Position numbers and translations under genes: made by a program. A model generated the notes under the pieces. It saw nothing but the letters and a program-made list of their open reading frames with translations, did not search any database and was not told the origin of the DNA. 64,000 bases of DNA, from assembly GCA_028353405.1 (NCBI GenBank), contig JAOMOG010000007.1:755-64754 (forward strand), given 5' to 3'. Every line of letters begins with the position of its first letter. Within the stretch, counting starts at the first letter, position 1. This document shows, one piece after another, positions 1 to 9,391 of this stretch. This DNA is from Candidatus Poseidoniaceae archaeon (lineage in GTDB: Archaea > Thermoplasmatota > Poseidoniia > Poseidoniales > Poseidoniaceae).

Positions 1-69
1 CTTACTTTTATGATTTGGAACTCTATGGCCAGTATCAGTTTCAATATATCTTCTAATTATGGTTGTCAT
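1..69 (-). CDS. queD: Probable 6-carboxy-5,6,7,8-tetrahydropterin synthase (QueD/PTPS), 5' part only. The gene runs off the window start
   Basis: The minus-strand ATG at 67-69 lies 2 nt after the queC stop. Its translation, MTTIIRRYIETDTGHRVPNHKSK, fits the QueD N-terminal HR..H..KC pattern only loosely. It is positioned as the last gene of the folE-queE-queC operon. Only 23 aa are visible. Confidence 0.35.
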   Translation of the reverse strand, partial: MTTIIRRYIETDTGHRVPNHKSK

Positions 70-71
70 GA

Positions 72-1214
72 TCAAATCTCCTCAAAATCAATGGATGCTG
101 AATTTATACAATATCGATCGCCACCAAATTGAGCTGGTCCATCATTGAAAACATGGCCAAGGTGGGCATCACATTTACTACACCTAACCTCAGTTCGTGA
201 GGTTCCATGCGAGTTATCTTCTAATCTACTAATTGAAGCATCTTCCGATTCACTATGGAATGATGGCCATCCACATCCAGAGTCATACTTCATTTCAGAA
301 TTAAACAGAATGTGGCCGCAGCACAAACATGAGTATTGCCCATCACCTTTCTCATTCCAATAGATTCCACTAAATGCCGCTTCAGTACCACTTTTTCTAG
401 TTACATAATATTGTAATTCAGTTAGTCGTTGTTTGTACTCCTCATCCTTATGTTTATACTCGATTTGAAGTGCATTTTGAAGCACATTACCCCAAGATTC
501 AACATATTCTACAGGGTCTTTCCTACCAACTGCATGGAAAGCTAATATTCGCTCAATATCAGCACCACTAGTACCGCTTGCACGACCGAACTCATCAGGA
601 TCATAGGAAGTATTCGTATTAGCATAAATGGTTGAGAAATCTAATCCAAGTTTTGTTATTGCGATTTCAGCATCCCTCAATATTGACTCCTTATCACCAT
701 CTAAATACGGTAATTTAAATGAAACTTTGTCACTATCCCAGTTTCCTACTGCAAATGCATGACCAATTGCCTGATAGAACTCTGGCCTACAATCTGGATA
801 TATTTCATGGTCACCACTATGAACTCCCAAAGCGAGTTCAACATTACAACCATCCTTTAGCGCAATTGATAGAGCATAACCATACAGAATTGATGCAAAT
901 ATAGCATTTCTATTGGGTACAACTGTTGACTTCATCGCATCTTCCTCATAATGCCCCTCCGGAACATCAGCCCCACCAACGATTAGGCTAGAGTGAAATA
1001 AGTTCATAGCGCTACTCAAATCTACTATTCTATGAATCACATGGAAGCCATTTTCAGCAAGATAAGCAATGTTTTGTTTGGCTCTTTCCAATTCAAGGGA
1101 ATGCTTTTGCCCATATTCATATGATAAGCAATCCACTGTGTAGCCATCGGCTAGTAATCTCATCAACAAACTAGTTGAGTCCATTCCTCCACTAAATGCC
1201 ATTACTGCTCTCAT
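72..1214 (-). CDS. queC: 7-cyano-7-deazaguanine synthase (QueC) fused to a C-terminal methionine-R-sulfoxide reductase (MsrB/SelR) domain
   Basis: The N-terminus carries a PP-loop SGGMDS and the QueC-like YEYGQKH motif. The C-terminal ~140 aa is a complete MsrB: QYYVTRKSGTEAAFSG, CLCCG...GCGWPSF, CSKCDAHLGHVF and RYCINS. The ORF is continuous at 380 aa. Confidence 0.8.
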   Translation of the reverse strand: MRAVMAFSGGMDSTSLLMRLLADGYTVDCLSYEYGQKHSLELERAKQNIAYLAENGFHVIHRIVDLSSAMNLFHSSLIVGGADVPEGHYEEDAMKSTVVPNRNAIFASILYGYALSIALKDGCNVELALGVHSGDHEIYPDCRPEFYQAIGHAFAVGNWDSDKVSFKLPYLDGDKESILRDAEIAITKLGLDFSTIYANTNTSYDPDEFGRASGTSGADIERILAFHAVGRKDPVEYVESWGNVLQNALQIEYKHKDEEYKQRLTELQYYVTRKSGTEAAFSGIYWNEKGDGQYSCLCCGHILFNSEMKYDSGCGWPSFHSESEDASISRLEDNSHGTSRTEVRCSKCDAHLGHVFNDGPAQFGGDRYCINSASIDFEEI

Positions 1215-1226
1215 TTTTGAACCACC

Positions 1227-1823
1227 TCAATCAATACCCATCCATTTGTGAGTTTGAAGACTTAATCTCCAGGGAGAATTATCCTTTACAACTTTTTCAG
1301 TTAGAGCAAAATTCTTTCCATTCCATTCTACATCTTGTGAATGAATATAACATGGTTGTAAAAATAAATGCTCAAAACCATGCTTTAAATCATCATATAG
1401 CGATAAATCTTGACCAATATATACACACTTTAATTCATCTCCTGTTCGTTGCCTAATAGATACATTGGGATATTCCTGGTCCTTGGGAGAGATTGTTATC
1501 CAATCCAATAACCCCTCAGGAATTTCAATCGTACCGTTACTTTCGCAAGACAATTCATATCCACGTGCTTTGAGTAATCTGTGTAGTGGCCATAGATCGT
1601 TAAGCATCGGCTCACCACCAGTGAAAATAATTTTCTTGCAGTCGAATTTGAGAACTTCCCCCAAGATGTCAATTGCAGACATTGTTGTGAATGTTTCAAA
1701 ATCAGTATCACACCATTCGCATTGTAAATTACATTTGCCAAAGCGAACAAACACATGTGGAATGCCACATTTTGCCCCTTCTCCTTGAATTGAGTGGAAT
1801 ATTTCTACTATTTTGTATTCCAT
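1227..1823 (-). CDS. queE: 7-carboxy-7-deazaguanine synthase (QueE), radical SAM
   Basis: CNLQCEWC matches the CxxxCxxC radical-SAM cluster motif, and IFHSIQGEG is a QueE N-terminal signature. The ORF extends to 1892, but the internal ATG giving MEYKIVEIF fits the family start. Confidence 0.8.
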   Translation of the reverse strand: MEYKIVEIFHSIQGEGAKCGIPHVFVRFGKCNLQCEWCDTDFETFTTMSAIDILGEVLKFDCKKIIFTGGEPMLNDLWPLHRLLKARGYELSCESNGTIEIPEGLLDWITISPKDQEYPNVSIRQRTGDELKCVYIGQDLSLYDDLKHGFEHLFLQPCYIHSQDVEWNGKNFALTEKVVKDNSPWRLSLQTHKWMGID

Positions 1824-1913
1824 CGCAAGGTCAGTAGGATTGTCAACAGCATTATTTCCTGCGATGCCACAATTCTCAAATGTTTCCTTCATGTTATTCG
1901 CCTCAGGTCCGTT

Positions 1914-2486
1914 TCAAAGAGGACGGTTGTGAATCAACTGCATTAATTCAGCTCTAGCCTCAGCCTTCTCAAAGAATACACCACGCATAGCCGATGTAGT
2001 CATGATAGCGTTCTGTTTTGCAACACCGCGGCATTGCATGCAGCCATGAGCAGCTTCGATTATGACAGCACAACCTAGTGGAGAAATATGTGCTTCCAAA
2101 TCATCGGCTACGCCCTTTGTGATACGTTCCTGATTCTGCAATCTCCTGCCATGTAATTCAACAATACGTGCTAATTTTGAGATACCTACAATCCTATCTA
2201 CAGGAATATAGGCAACATGTGCTCTTCCCTTGAATGGCTGTAAGTGATGCTCACAAGTGGAATGGAATTCAATATCGCGCAACAATACGATTCCATCATA
2301 TCCTTCTCCATTGAAAGTGGCCTCAAGAATATCTTCTGCATTTTGTGAATATCCAGCGAATACTTCATCCCATGAATCAATAACTCTCTTTGGAGTTTTT
2401 AGTAACCCCTCTCGTTCTGATAAGTCTCCTTCCAAATACTCTAATAGAGTTCTTACAGCCAATTCTGCTTCGCTTTTTGAGACCAT
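1914..2486 (-). CDS. folE: GTP cyclohydrolase I (FolE)
   Basis: STCEHHLQPF and CMQCRGV are classical FolE zinc and active-site motifs. The track start at 2495 is a GTG, and the ATG at 2484-2486 gives MVSKSEAEL. Confidence 0.85.
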   Translation of the reverse strand: MVSKSEAELAVRTLLEYLEGDLSEREGLLKTPKRVIDSWDEVFAGYSQNAEDILEATFNGEGYDGIVLLRDIEFHSTCEHHLQPFKGRAHVAYIPVDRIVGISKLARIVELHGRRLQNQERITKGVADDLEAHISPLGCAVIIEAAHGCMQCRGVAKQNAIMTTSAMRGVFFEKAEARAELMQLIHNRPL

Positions 2487-2491
2487 ATTAT

Positions 2492-2668
2492 TCACTCCTT
2501 CTGTGTTCCTCTTCCATGCCTAGAATCAATCTCATCGAGTTGATCTAATAATTTGCGGCAAGCCGTTCTAACAGCATCTGCTAGGCTGACAAATTTTTTG
2601 TCATCGCCAACATGTTTACGTAAATCTTCAGTTAACTGGCTTGGCATGTCCAATGAGATCTTAGGCAT
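2492..2668 (-). CDS. Small (58 aa) putative ribbon-helix-helix (CopG/Arc-like) DNA-binding protein heading the folE-queE-queC-queD operon
   Basis: Hand translation: MPKISLDMPSQLTEDLRKHVGDDKKFVSLADAVRTACRKLLDQLDEIDSRHGRGTQKE. The pattern of beta-strand, helix, loop, helix is typical of RHH proteins. The stop lies 5 nt from the folE ATG. The ORF is below the 60-aa track cutoff. Confidence 0.35.
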   Translation of the reverse strand: MPKISLDMPSQLTEDLRKHVGDDKKFVSLADAVRTACRKLLDQLDEIDSRHGRGTQKE

Positions 2669-2791
2669 GGTCTAGGCTCTTGTCAATCCAATATAAGTAT
2701 TACTGGGCTATTACCATGGTAATACTACAGTATTATTAAAATATATATTGCCTCTATGCAGTCGCATAATTATGAAAATTTCTAAGTTGGT

Positions 2792-4351
2792 TTGCATTAT
2801 TTAGGAAAGGCCCTGCTACGAATGTTCAAATCCCCCCATCTATTGCACTGTTTGATGAGTACTGACGCAGCCCAGTTGATGGAATTACTTTTTGATATCA
2901 GAGCCAATTCCGGCATCTGCGAAACTACAGGTTTGAGTGATGATGAAATTGTCAAATTCATTGCCCTCGATAGTAATCTTTCGCGTGCAATCAAAGAGGG
3001 CCACAAATATCATTTGGATCTTAGAGAAGAGTTTGAATCAGAACTTCTAATGTCACACGAGTCGGAATTGGTTATAAAATTGCAAAGCGGATATGTCAAT
3101 TTTTACAATCCCGCAACTGTCAATCCATACATCCCTATTGCTGCCAGAGGTCCATGGGTGATATCTGCTCATGGCGCAGTATTGCATGACAATGGCGGAT
3201 ATGGAATGCTCGGTGGCGGGCATGGTCCAGATGAAATAATAGATGCGATGTCTCAAAATTGGGTAATGGCCAATGTAATGACTCCTTCTTTTTCTCAACA
3301 GAGATTAACAGACCGACTGACCAAAGAATTAGGTCATAGTAGAGGGAGTTGTCCTTTTGATAGATTTATTTGTATGAATAGTGGTTCAGAATCAGTAACA
3401 GTTTCATTACGAATTTCTGATGTTAATGCCAACATTATGACTGGTCCAGGTGGGCGCTATGAAGGTAAAGCAATCAAATTAGTAGCTGTTGAGCAAGCGT
3501 TCCATGGGAGAACTGGTCGCCCAGCACAACTTTCGCATTCTTGCATGAGAAACTATGACAAAAACCTAGCATCATTTAGAGATAGAGATAATTTGTATCT
3601 AGTTCCACCAAATGATATCGAGGCGCTAAGAAATGTTTTTGCTACTGCGGAAGCAAAAGGTGAATTCATAGAACTAATGGCTATTGAACCTGTACAAGGT
3701 GAAGGAAATCCTGGGCAATGCGTTGAGCGTGCATTTTATGATGAAGCTAGAAGATTGACCTTAGAACATGGTTCAATGTTACTAGTTGATTCAATACAAG
3801 CAGGATTGAGGGGTCAAGGTTGTCTTTCAATTGTCGATTATCAAGGTTTCCAAGATTGCCTCGCACCCGATTTGGAGACATGGTCAAAAGCAATGAACGC
3901 AGGGCAATATCCGCTCTCAGTACTTGGAATGAATAAAAGAGCATCATCATTGTATGTTTCAGGGATTTATGGCAATACGATGACCACTAATCCGCGAGCA
4001 CTTGAAACTGCGATCGCAGTTCTCGATAGGATTACTCCTGAGTTAAGACAAAACATTCGTGATAGGGGTGTAGAGTTTGTTAATAAATTGAATATACTAG
4101 CTGAAGAATTTCCTGAGTATATCACACTTGTACAAGGTACAGGACTATTGTGTAGTGCTGAACTAAAGCCTGATATTTTACCTGTGGTTGGATTTGATGC
4201 TGTTGAACCTTGGTGTCGTAGAAGAGGTCTAGGTGTAATTCATGGAGGAAAAAACGCATTACGTTTCACCCCACACTTTGCTATTACTTCTGAAGAAATA
4301 GATTTGATTATTAAAATAGTTAGAGAATCAATAATCCACTTTACTTCTTAA
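2792..4351 (+). CDS. Class-III (PLP-dependent) aminotransferase family protein, divergent
   Basis: The Gly-rich substrate loop HDNGGYGMLGGGHGPDEI is present. IEPVQGEGN matches the EPIQGEGG motif. WSKAMNAG supplies a putative PLP-Lys. The usual GFGRTG is replaced by GLRGQG. There is an N-terminal extension of roughly 100 aa, so the true start may be downstream. Confidence 0.6.
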   Translation: MHYLGKALLRMFKSPHLLHCLMSTDAAQLMELLFDIRANSGICETTGLSDDEIVKFIALDSNLSRAIKEGHKYHLDLREEFESELLMSHESELVIKLQSGYVNFYNPATVNPYIPIAARGPWVISAHGAVLHDNGGYGMLGGGHGPDEIIDAMSQNWVMANVMTPSFSQQRLTDRLTKELGHSRGSCPFDRFICMNSGSESVTVSLRISDVNANIMTGPGGRYEGKAIKLVAVEQAFHGRTGRPAQLSHSCMRNYDKNLASFRDRDNLYLVPPNDIEALRNVFATAEAKGEFIELMAIEPVQGEGNPGQCVERAFYDEARRLTLEHGSMLLVDSIQAGLRGQGCLSIVDYQGFQDCLAPDLETWSKAMNAGQYPLSVLGMNKRASSLYVSGIYGNTMTTNPRALETAIAVLDRITPELRQNIRDRGVEFVNKLNILAEEFPEYITLVQGTGLLCSAELKPDILPVVGFDAVEPWCRRRGLGVIHGGKNALRFTPHFAITSEEIDLIIKIVRESIIHFTS

Positions 4352-5572
4352 TCAACTAAGTGAAGTAACAATATCTTCTCTCTTGAATTGACTAGCTGCA
4401 TATTTTGCAGCCATTAATGCATAAAATATTGAAGTTCCAACCCAAATAATGATGTGAGTTGTAATTATTCTATTCATCAACAATTCTCTAAGCGCGAGTA
4501 GAACATTTACCACCGGAATTGCAAACCAAAAAGATTCAATTCCATCTAAATTGATAACCTGAGTAAATAGTGCAGGGAAAATAATCAGCATAATTGCTGG
4601 TCCAAGGATGCTTCCGGCTTCCTTTACACTATGTGATCTCATAGCAAGGGCTAATTCAATCGCAACAACCATGATTGCAAATAGCATAATCGCGCCAATT
4701 ATCAGTAGAATTGTCACCAGCGATAGTTCAGGGACACCGATGATACTGGAACTCGCTAGATAGCCTATCGCAAATAATAATCCGAATATCTGCAGCAATA
4801 CTCCAACTCCTGTAATAGTGGCTACCGCCAACCACTTACCGAATAATAATTCAAGGCGTGTGCAGGGCAAGCTTAGAAGTGCTTCTAGCGTACCTCTTTC
4901 TCTTTCACCCGCTGTCATATCAATTGATGGCTGAATTGCCGAGGAGAAGGTCCAGACGGCCAATACGAGTGGAATGAACATTGATAATGCCATTCCAGCC
5001 TGCTCTCCGGCAGTTGCAGCATCTGCTTGAGTGAATTCACCATCCCACCGAAGTGGGTCCAGTGTTGAATTGACGTCTAGGCCGCCAGATTCAATCCTTG
5101 CAGCAGTTTCCTTGTCTTCCCATTCATTCAAATCATACAATAATCTTGACTTTGCTTCTCTTGAATGTTCGGATGTTGACATATGAAGGATGGAATAATA
5201 CCATATGTCCTCGCTTTGAGTAATTCTCAATATAGCATCTATTGAACCATTTCTTAAACGCTCTACATCATTACCAGGTTGGCTTAAATCATCTAAAACA
5301 GGTAACTCCTCATAACTGATTACTATCGATGATTTGTTGATTATCATGCTTAAATTCTCTGGCATATTATCAGTTTGAATCGTTAAATCCAATTCCAATG
5401 ACTTTAGTTCTGCTGCTTCAGATTGTAGTAATACTGGAAACAGAATGAATAGTAAAGGGAACATCAGCAATGGAATAACGATAATTGCAATAATTGTTCT
5501 CCAATCTCTGGAAAACTCTACTACTTCCTTCTTTGCGATTTGCTTTATTCGCATAGCGCTACCATCAGCCAT
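4352..5572 (-). CDS. ABC-2 type transporter permease
   Basis: Multi-TM protein immediately downstream of the ABC ATPase. The start is chosen at the internal Met (MADGSAMRIKQ) to remove an 89-nt overlap. It has a large extracytoplasmic loop plus C-terminal TM bundle. Confidence 0.6.
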   Translation of the reverse strand: MADGSAMRIKQIAKKEVVEFSRDWRTIIAIIVIPLLMFPLLFILFPVLLQSEAAELKSLELDLTIQTDNMPENLSMIINKSSIVISYEELPVLDDLSQPGNDVERLRNGSIDAILRITQSEDIWYYSILHMSTSEHSREAKSRLLYDLNEWEDKETAARIESGGLDVNSTLDPLRWDGEFTQADAATAGEQAGMALSMFIPLVLAVWTFSSAIQPSIDMTAGERERGTLEALLSLPCTRLELLFGKWLAVATITGVGVLLQIFGLLFAIGYLASSSIIGVPELSLVTILLIIGAIMLFAIMVVAIELALAMRSHSVKEAGSILGPAIMLIIFPALFTQVINLDGIESFWFAIPVVNVLLALRELLMNRIITTHIIIWVGTSIFYALMAAKYAASQFKREDIVTSLS

Positions 5573-6392
5573 CAATTTCCACCTCCAATTCAGGTGTTTT
5601 AGGAGTAAATAATTTTCTCCACCAAGCCGTAATGCGCCCTTCAGAATCAGCATCTTCGTTTCTTGACCTCGCTTGGTCAGCGGTCAGCGAAACATATGCC
5701 TCTTCCAAAGAATCTTGTTCGGTTTGTTCCATTAACTGTTGTGGAGAACCATCTGCTCTAACCTCGCCATTGTGAATTATAATTATGCGATCGCATACTT
5801 GCCTCGCCTCTTCCAATTGATGAGTTGAATAAACTACAGTGCCACCTTCATCACGCAATTGTTTTACAAGTGCTCTAACAGTTCTAGCACTAGTAATGTC
5901 TAATCCAGCAGTAGGTTCATCGAGAAGTAGTATACTTGGGCCATGAGCAAGTGCCCTAAGAAGAGCAGTTTTTTGCTTCATACCACGACTAAATCCCTTG
6001 GTGTGACGGCTTAGACTATCACTCATTCCCAATCTACTAGCGAATAACTGTGTACGTTTCCAAGAGGTTTTATCATCAATCCCGTATAATCTAGAATGAT
6101 AACGAATATTTTCCCATGCGGTCAAACGCGAATACAAACCAGTAGATTCTGGTACAACTCCTAGCAGATGTCTCATTTCAGAAACATCAGAACCATCTTT
6201 CAATGTTACACTACCTTTTGTCGGAGCATATACACCTGCCATTAATCTCAGTAATGTTGTTTTTCCTGCACCATTACTTCCAACAAGTCCGACTACTTCG
6301 CCACTACGGATTTCTAAATCTATGTGACTAAGAGCTTCTATCTCGTCAAAATGTTTGGCAACCCCCTTTATCGAGAGTAAAGTTTCAGACAT
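5565..6392 (-). CDS. ABC transporter ATP-binding protein
   Basis: Walker A GSNGAGKTT, the ABC signature region, and Walker B LLLDEPTAGLD. Confidence 0.85.
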   Translation of the reverse strand: MSETLLSIKGVAKHFDEIEALSHIDLEIRSGEVVGLVGSNGAGKTTLLRLMAGVYAPTKGSVTLKDGSDVSEMRHLLGVVPESTGLYSRLTAWENIRYHSRLYGIDDKTSWKRTQLFASRLGMSDSLSRHTKGFSRGMKQKTALLRALAHGPSILLLDEPTAGLDITSARTVRALVKQLRDEGGTVVYSTHQLEEARQVCDRIIIIHNGEVRADGSPQQLMEQTEQDSLEEAYVSLTADQARSRNEDADSEGRITAWWRKLFTPKTPELEVEIDG

Positions 6393-6401
6393 TAAACTCC
6401 C

Positions 6402-6710
6402 TCAACTGGCTCTTCCAGATTCAACCGCGGCATTTAATCCAGGGTGTTTCTCTTCCAAACGGCAGGCTCGAGACAATTGTTGCCTTAGTTGTAGATGGAT
6501 CTCTTTTTGCGAAATACCCATCTCAACTAAGTTTCCAATCATGTTGAAAGCACCTTGTATAGCCCCGGCATCAAGAAATGCATCATTGCTAATTTTACCA
6601 TTTACTCTAAGAGTATCTAATTGAGTGGAAACGAACTCTGCTTCTCTTCTAACACGTGGACCGTCAATATGTGGTAAGGCTATAAGGTGGTCAACGCAAG
6701 TTCTCATCAC
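6402..6710 (-). CDS. Hypothetical protein (102 aa)
   Basis: An ORF between the ABC ATPase and the epimerase on the same strand with short spacers. I recognise no motif. Confidence 0.3.
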   Translation of the reverse strand: MMRTCVDHLIALPHIDGPRVRREAEFVSTQLDTLRVNGKISNDAFLDAGAIQGAFNMIGNLVEMGISQKEIHLQLRQQLSRACRLEEKHPGLNAAVESGRAS

Positions 6711-6770
6711 AACCTAGCCCATGCTGAAGGGTTAAGATATTATCCATTATAATTACAGCAAAGGCATGAC

Positions 6771-7211
6771 TCAGTGGTTACTTTGTTTGAGTTCCACCAA
6801 CACTCCACCCGTTGACTTTGGGTGTACAAATGCTATTTTTGAGCCCCCGGCACCGAGTTTTGGTTCGGCATCAATCATCTGAATTCCGTTATCCAGTAAA
6901 TAGTCAATTAACTCTTGCAAGTTTTCAACACGGAAACACAATTGTTGTATGCCAGGTCCGCGTTTTGCTAAAAACTTTCCAATCGGAGTATCCGATGAAG
7001 TTGGCTGTAGCAATTCTACCATCGGTGGATGTTGCTCAACACTCTCATCTGGTTGAGATGTTGAGAAGAACCTAGTTGTCACACCCTGCTCTTCTACTGT
7101 CTCATCATCTGAACTTTGAATCAAACCTAGTAGTTTCCAGAAGTGACTCGCAGACTCTAAGTCACTAGTTGCTATCCCTATGTGATCTATATGTATTGAT
7201 CCGAAACTCAT
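6771..7211 (-). CDS. mce: Methylmalonyl-CoA epimerase (glyoxalase/VOC fold)
   Basis: HIDHIGIA is a VOC-fold N-terminal motif. The size is 146 aa, and the gene is adjacent to methylmalonyl-CoA mutase. Confidence 0.7.
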   Translation of the reverse strand: MSFGSIHIDHIGIATSDLESASHFWKLLGLIQSSDDETVEEQGVTTRFFSTSQPDESVEQHPPMVELLQPTSSDTPIGKFLAKRGPGIQQLCFRVENLQELIDYLLDNGIQMIDAEPKLGAGGSKIAFVHPKSTGGVLVELKQSNH

Positions 7212-7220
7212 TCAATCACC

Positions 7221-8948
7221 TCAAAATCCACTAGGAGCCATCCATTCTCCGAACTCAGAACGCATTGCATTCATTATTTCACCTAGAGTGCAATTAGACT
7301 TAACTGCTTCCAATATTAGTGGGAATAAATTATCAGTTCCAGCTGATGCAAGCCCTATTGCATCTATGCATAATTGAGATTTCACTTCATCTCTATTCTC
7401 TCTTAATTCCTTTAGTCTAAGGCATTGCATTTCGCCAACAGTTGGATCTAATTTTAGGACTTCAGTATCATCTTCTTCATCCATAATTCCATGGTTAACC
7501 CCGACTATCTTTCTGTCACCAGATTCTACATCAGAAAGGTGTTTAAACGCAGCATTATGAATTTCTCTCTGCTGCCAGCCTTGTTCAATAGCAGCCATTG
7601 CACCACCTAACCTTTCAATCTCTTGGATTTGCAGTAACGCTTCTTGATAAATTCGTTCAGTTAAAGCCTCAACGTGATATGAACCACCCAGTGGATCTGC
7701 TATATCAGCAACTCCACTTTCTTCAGCAATTATTTGTTGAGTTCTAAGTGCTACGGTTGCACTTTCCTCAGTAGGCAATCCCAATGCTTCATCATACGAA
7801 TTGGTGTGAAGACTTTGAGTTCCACCACACACTGCGGCTAACGCTTGTATTGTAACTCGTGCAATATTGTTGAGTGGTTGTTGTGCTGTTAGGCTAACTC
7901 CAGCAACTTGTGTATGGAATCTGAGCATAGCGGACTTAGGATTTTTAGGTTGGTAGCGTTGGCTAATTAGGTCATGCCACAATCTTCTTGCGGCTCTAAA
8001 TTTACTCGCTTCTTCGAAGAAATCATTATGGCAATTAAAGAAGAAAGAAAGTCTTGGAGCAAAGGTGTCAATATCTAAACCAACATCAATCGCAGCCTCG
8101 ACATATGCCAATGCATTTGCTAGGGTGAATGCTATCTCTTGAACAGCAGTGGAACCAGCTTCGCGAATATGATAGCCCGAAATGGAGATGGTATTCCAAA
8201 GTGGGATATTCTCTGCACAATATTCAAACACATCAGTGATTAAGCGCATTGATTGTTTTGGCGGGAATACATATGTCCCTCGCGCAATATATTCTTTCAG
8301 TATGTCGTTTTGAATTGTACCGATTACTTTGTCTGCTGAAACACCTTGCTCTTCTGCTACTGCCACATACATCGCCAATAGAATGATCGCTGGTGAATTG
8401 ATTGTCATCGAAGTACTTACTTGATCTAGTGGAATTCCATCTAGCAATAGCCTCATGTCATCAATAGATGAAATAGATACTCCAACTTTTCCTACCTCGC
8501 CCAACGACAACTCATCATCAGCATCAAGCCCCAATTGTGTAGGCAAATCAAAAGCAACGGACAATCCCTTTTGACCTCTCTCTAATAATAGTTTAAAACG
8601 CTCATTTGTAGCCTTGGCACTAGAAAAACCAGCATATTGGCGCATGGTCCAAAGTCTTGAGCGATACATTGTGGCATGAATACCGCGAGTATATGGCTTA
8701 CTTCCAGCATCACCTACATTGGAACGAGCATAGCCAACTTCAGAAAGTGTATTTTCATCACTTTGTAGAGGGATATCAAGTCCGCCAAGGGTTTTCCACT
8801 CATCCTTGCGAGGCGCGACCATATAGTGTCCAAGTGTAGGGGATTCTTCAACACTCCCACTTGGGGTGTTTGAATTAATCAGTTCAGTGGTGATGTCCGC
8901 CAGGTCCATGAACATGGCCGTGTGAAAGTTCTTCCACACTAGCATCAC
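7221..8948 (-). CDS. mcmA: Methylmalonyl-CoA mutase, catalytic (N-terminal, TIM-barrel) subunit
   Basis: RTMRQYAGFSSAKATNERFK and the following LSVAFDLPTQLG... are hallmark MCM substrate-domain motifs. No B12-binding domain is present, consistent with an archaeal split enzyme. The true start may be an internal Met near 8822, because the upstream part overlaps slyD. Confidence 0.85.
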   Translation of the reverse strand: MMLVWKNFHTAMFMDLADITTELINSNTPSGSVEESPTLGHYMVAPRKDEWKTLGGLDIPLQSDENTLSEVGYARSNVGDAGSKPYTRGIHATMYRSRLWTMRQYAGFSSAKATNERFKLLLERGQKGLSVAFDLPTQLGLDADDELSLGEVGKVGVSISSIDDMRLLLDGIPLDQVSTSMTINSPAIILLAMYVAVAEEQGVSADKVIGTIQNDILKEYIARGTYVFPPKQSMRLITDVFEYCAENIPLWNTISISGYHIREAGSTAVQEIAFTLANALAYVEAAIDVGLDIDTFAPRLSFFFNCHNDFFEEASKFRAARRLWHDLISQRYQPKNPKSAMLRFHTQVAGVSLTAQQPLNNIARVTIQALAAVCGGTQSLHTNSYDEALGLPTEESATVALRTQQIIAEESGVADIADPLGGSYHVEALTERIYQEALLQIQEIERLGGAMAAIEQGWQQREIHNAAFKHLSDVESGDRKIVGVNHGIMDEEDDTEVLKLDPTVGEMQCLRLKELRENRDEVKSQLCIDAIGLASAGTDNLFPLILEAVKSNCTLGEIMNAMRSEFGEWMAPSGF

Positions 8949-9387
8949 GTAGTTCTATAATTTCAACTTCAAATGTCAAAGCTTCTCCTGCTAACTTGTG
9001 GTTGAAATCAGCAGTTACTTCGTCATCAGTTAATTCTGTAATATTAAATGGTGCAGGACCATGCTGCATAGTTGCTACGAGTGTCATTCCAACTTCCAAT
9101 TTCGCTCCTTCTTCCAACTGTGCGAATTCACTTCTTGGAATCTTCATTAGTGCAGCGTCTTCGCGCTCTCCGTATGCTTCGTCTGCAGTCAGTGTAAAAG
9201 TTCTCTTCTCACCGATTTTTGCACCTTGGATATTTGTTTCAAAACCAGGAATCATTTGTCCATGTCCTATAAGGAATGTAAGAGGATCTTTGCCCTCACT
9301 ACTATCAAAGACTTCTCCTGTTTCAGGCATTGTACCAGTGTAATGCACACTTGCAACCATATTTTTTCCTACTGCTAAATCACTCAT
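8884..9387 (-). CDS. slyD: FKBP-type peptidyl-prolyl cis-trans isomerase (SlyD-like) with a His-rich tail
   Basis: FKBP core VHYTGTMPETGEVFDSS, an IF-domain insert, and a C-terminal HGHVHGPGGHHH metal-binding tail. Confidence 0.8.
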   Translation of the reverse strand: MSDLAVGKNMVASVHYTGTMPETGEVFDSSEGKDPLTFLIGHGQMIPGFETNIQGAKIGEKRTFTLTADEAYGEREDAALMKIPRSEFAQLEEGAKLEVGMTLVATMQHGPAPFNITELTDDEVTADFNHKLAGEALTFEVEIIELRDASVEELSHGHVHGPGGHHH

Positions 9388-9391
9388 TTAA

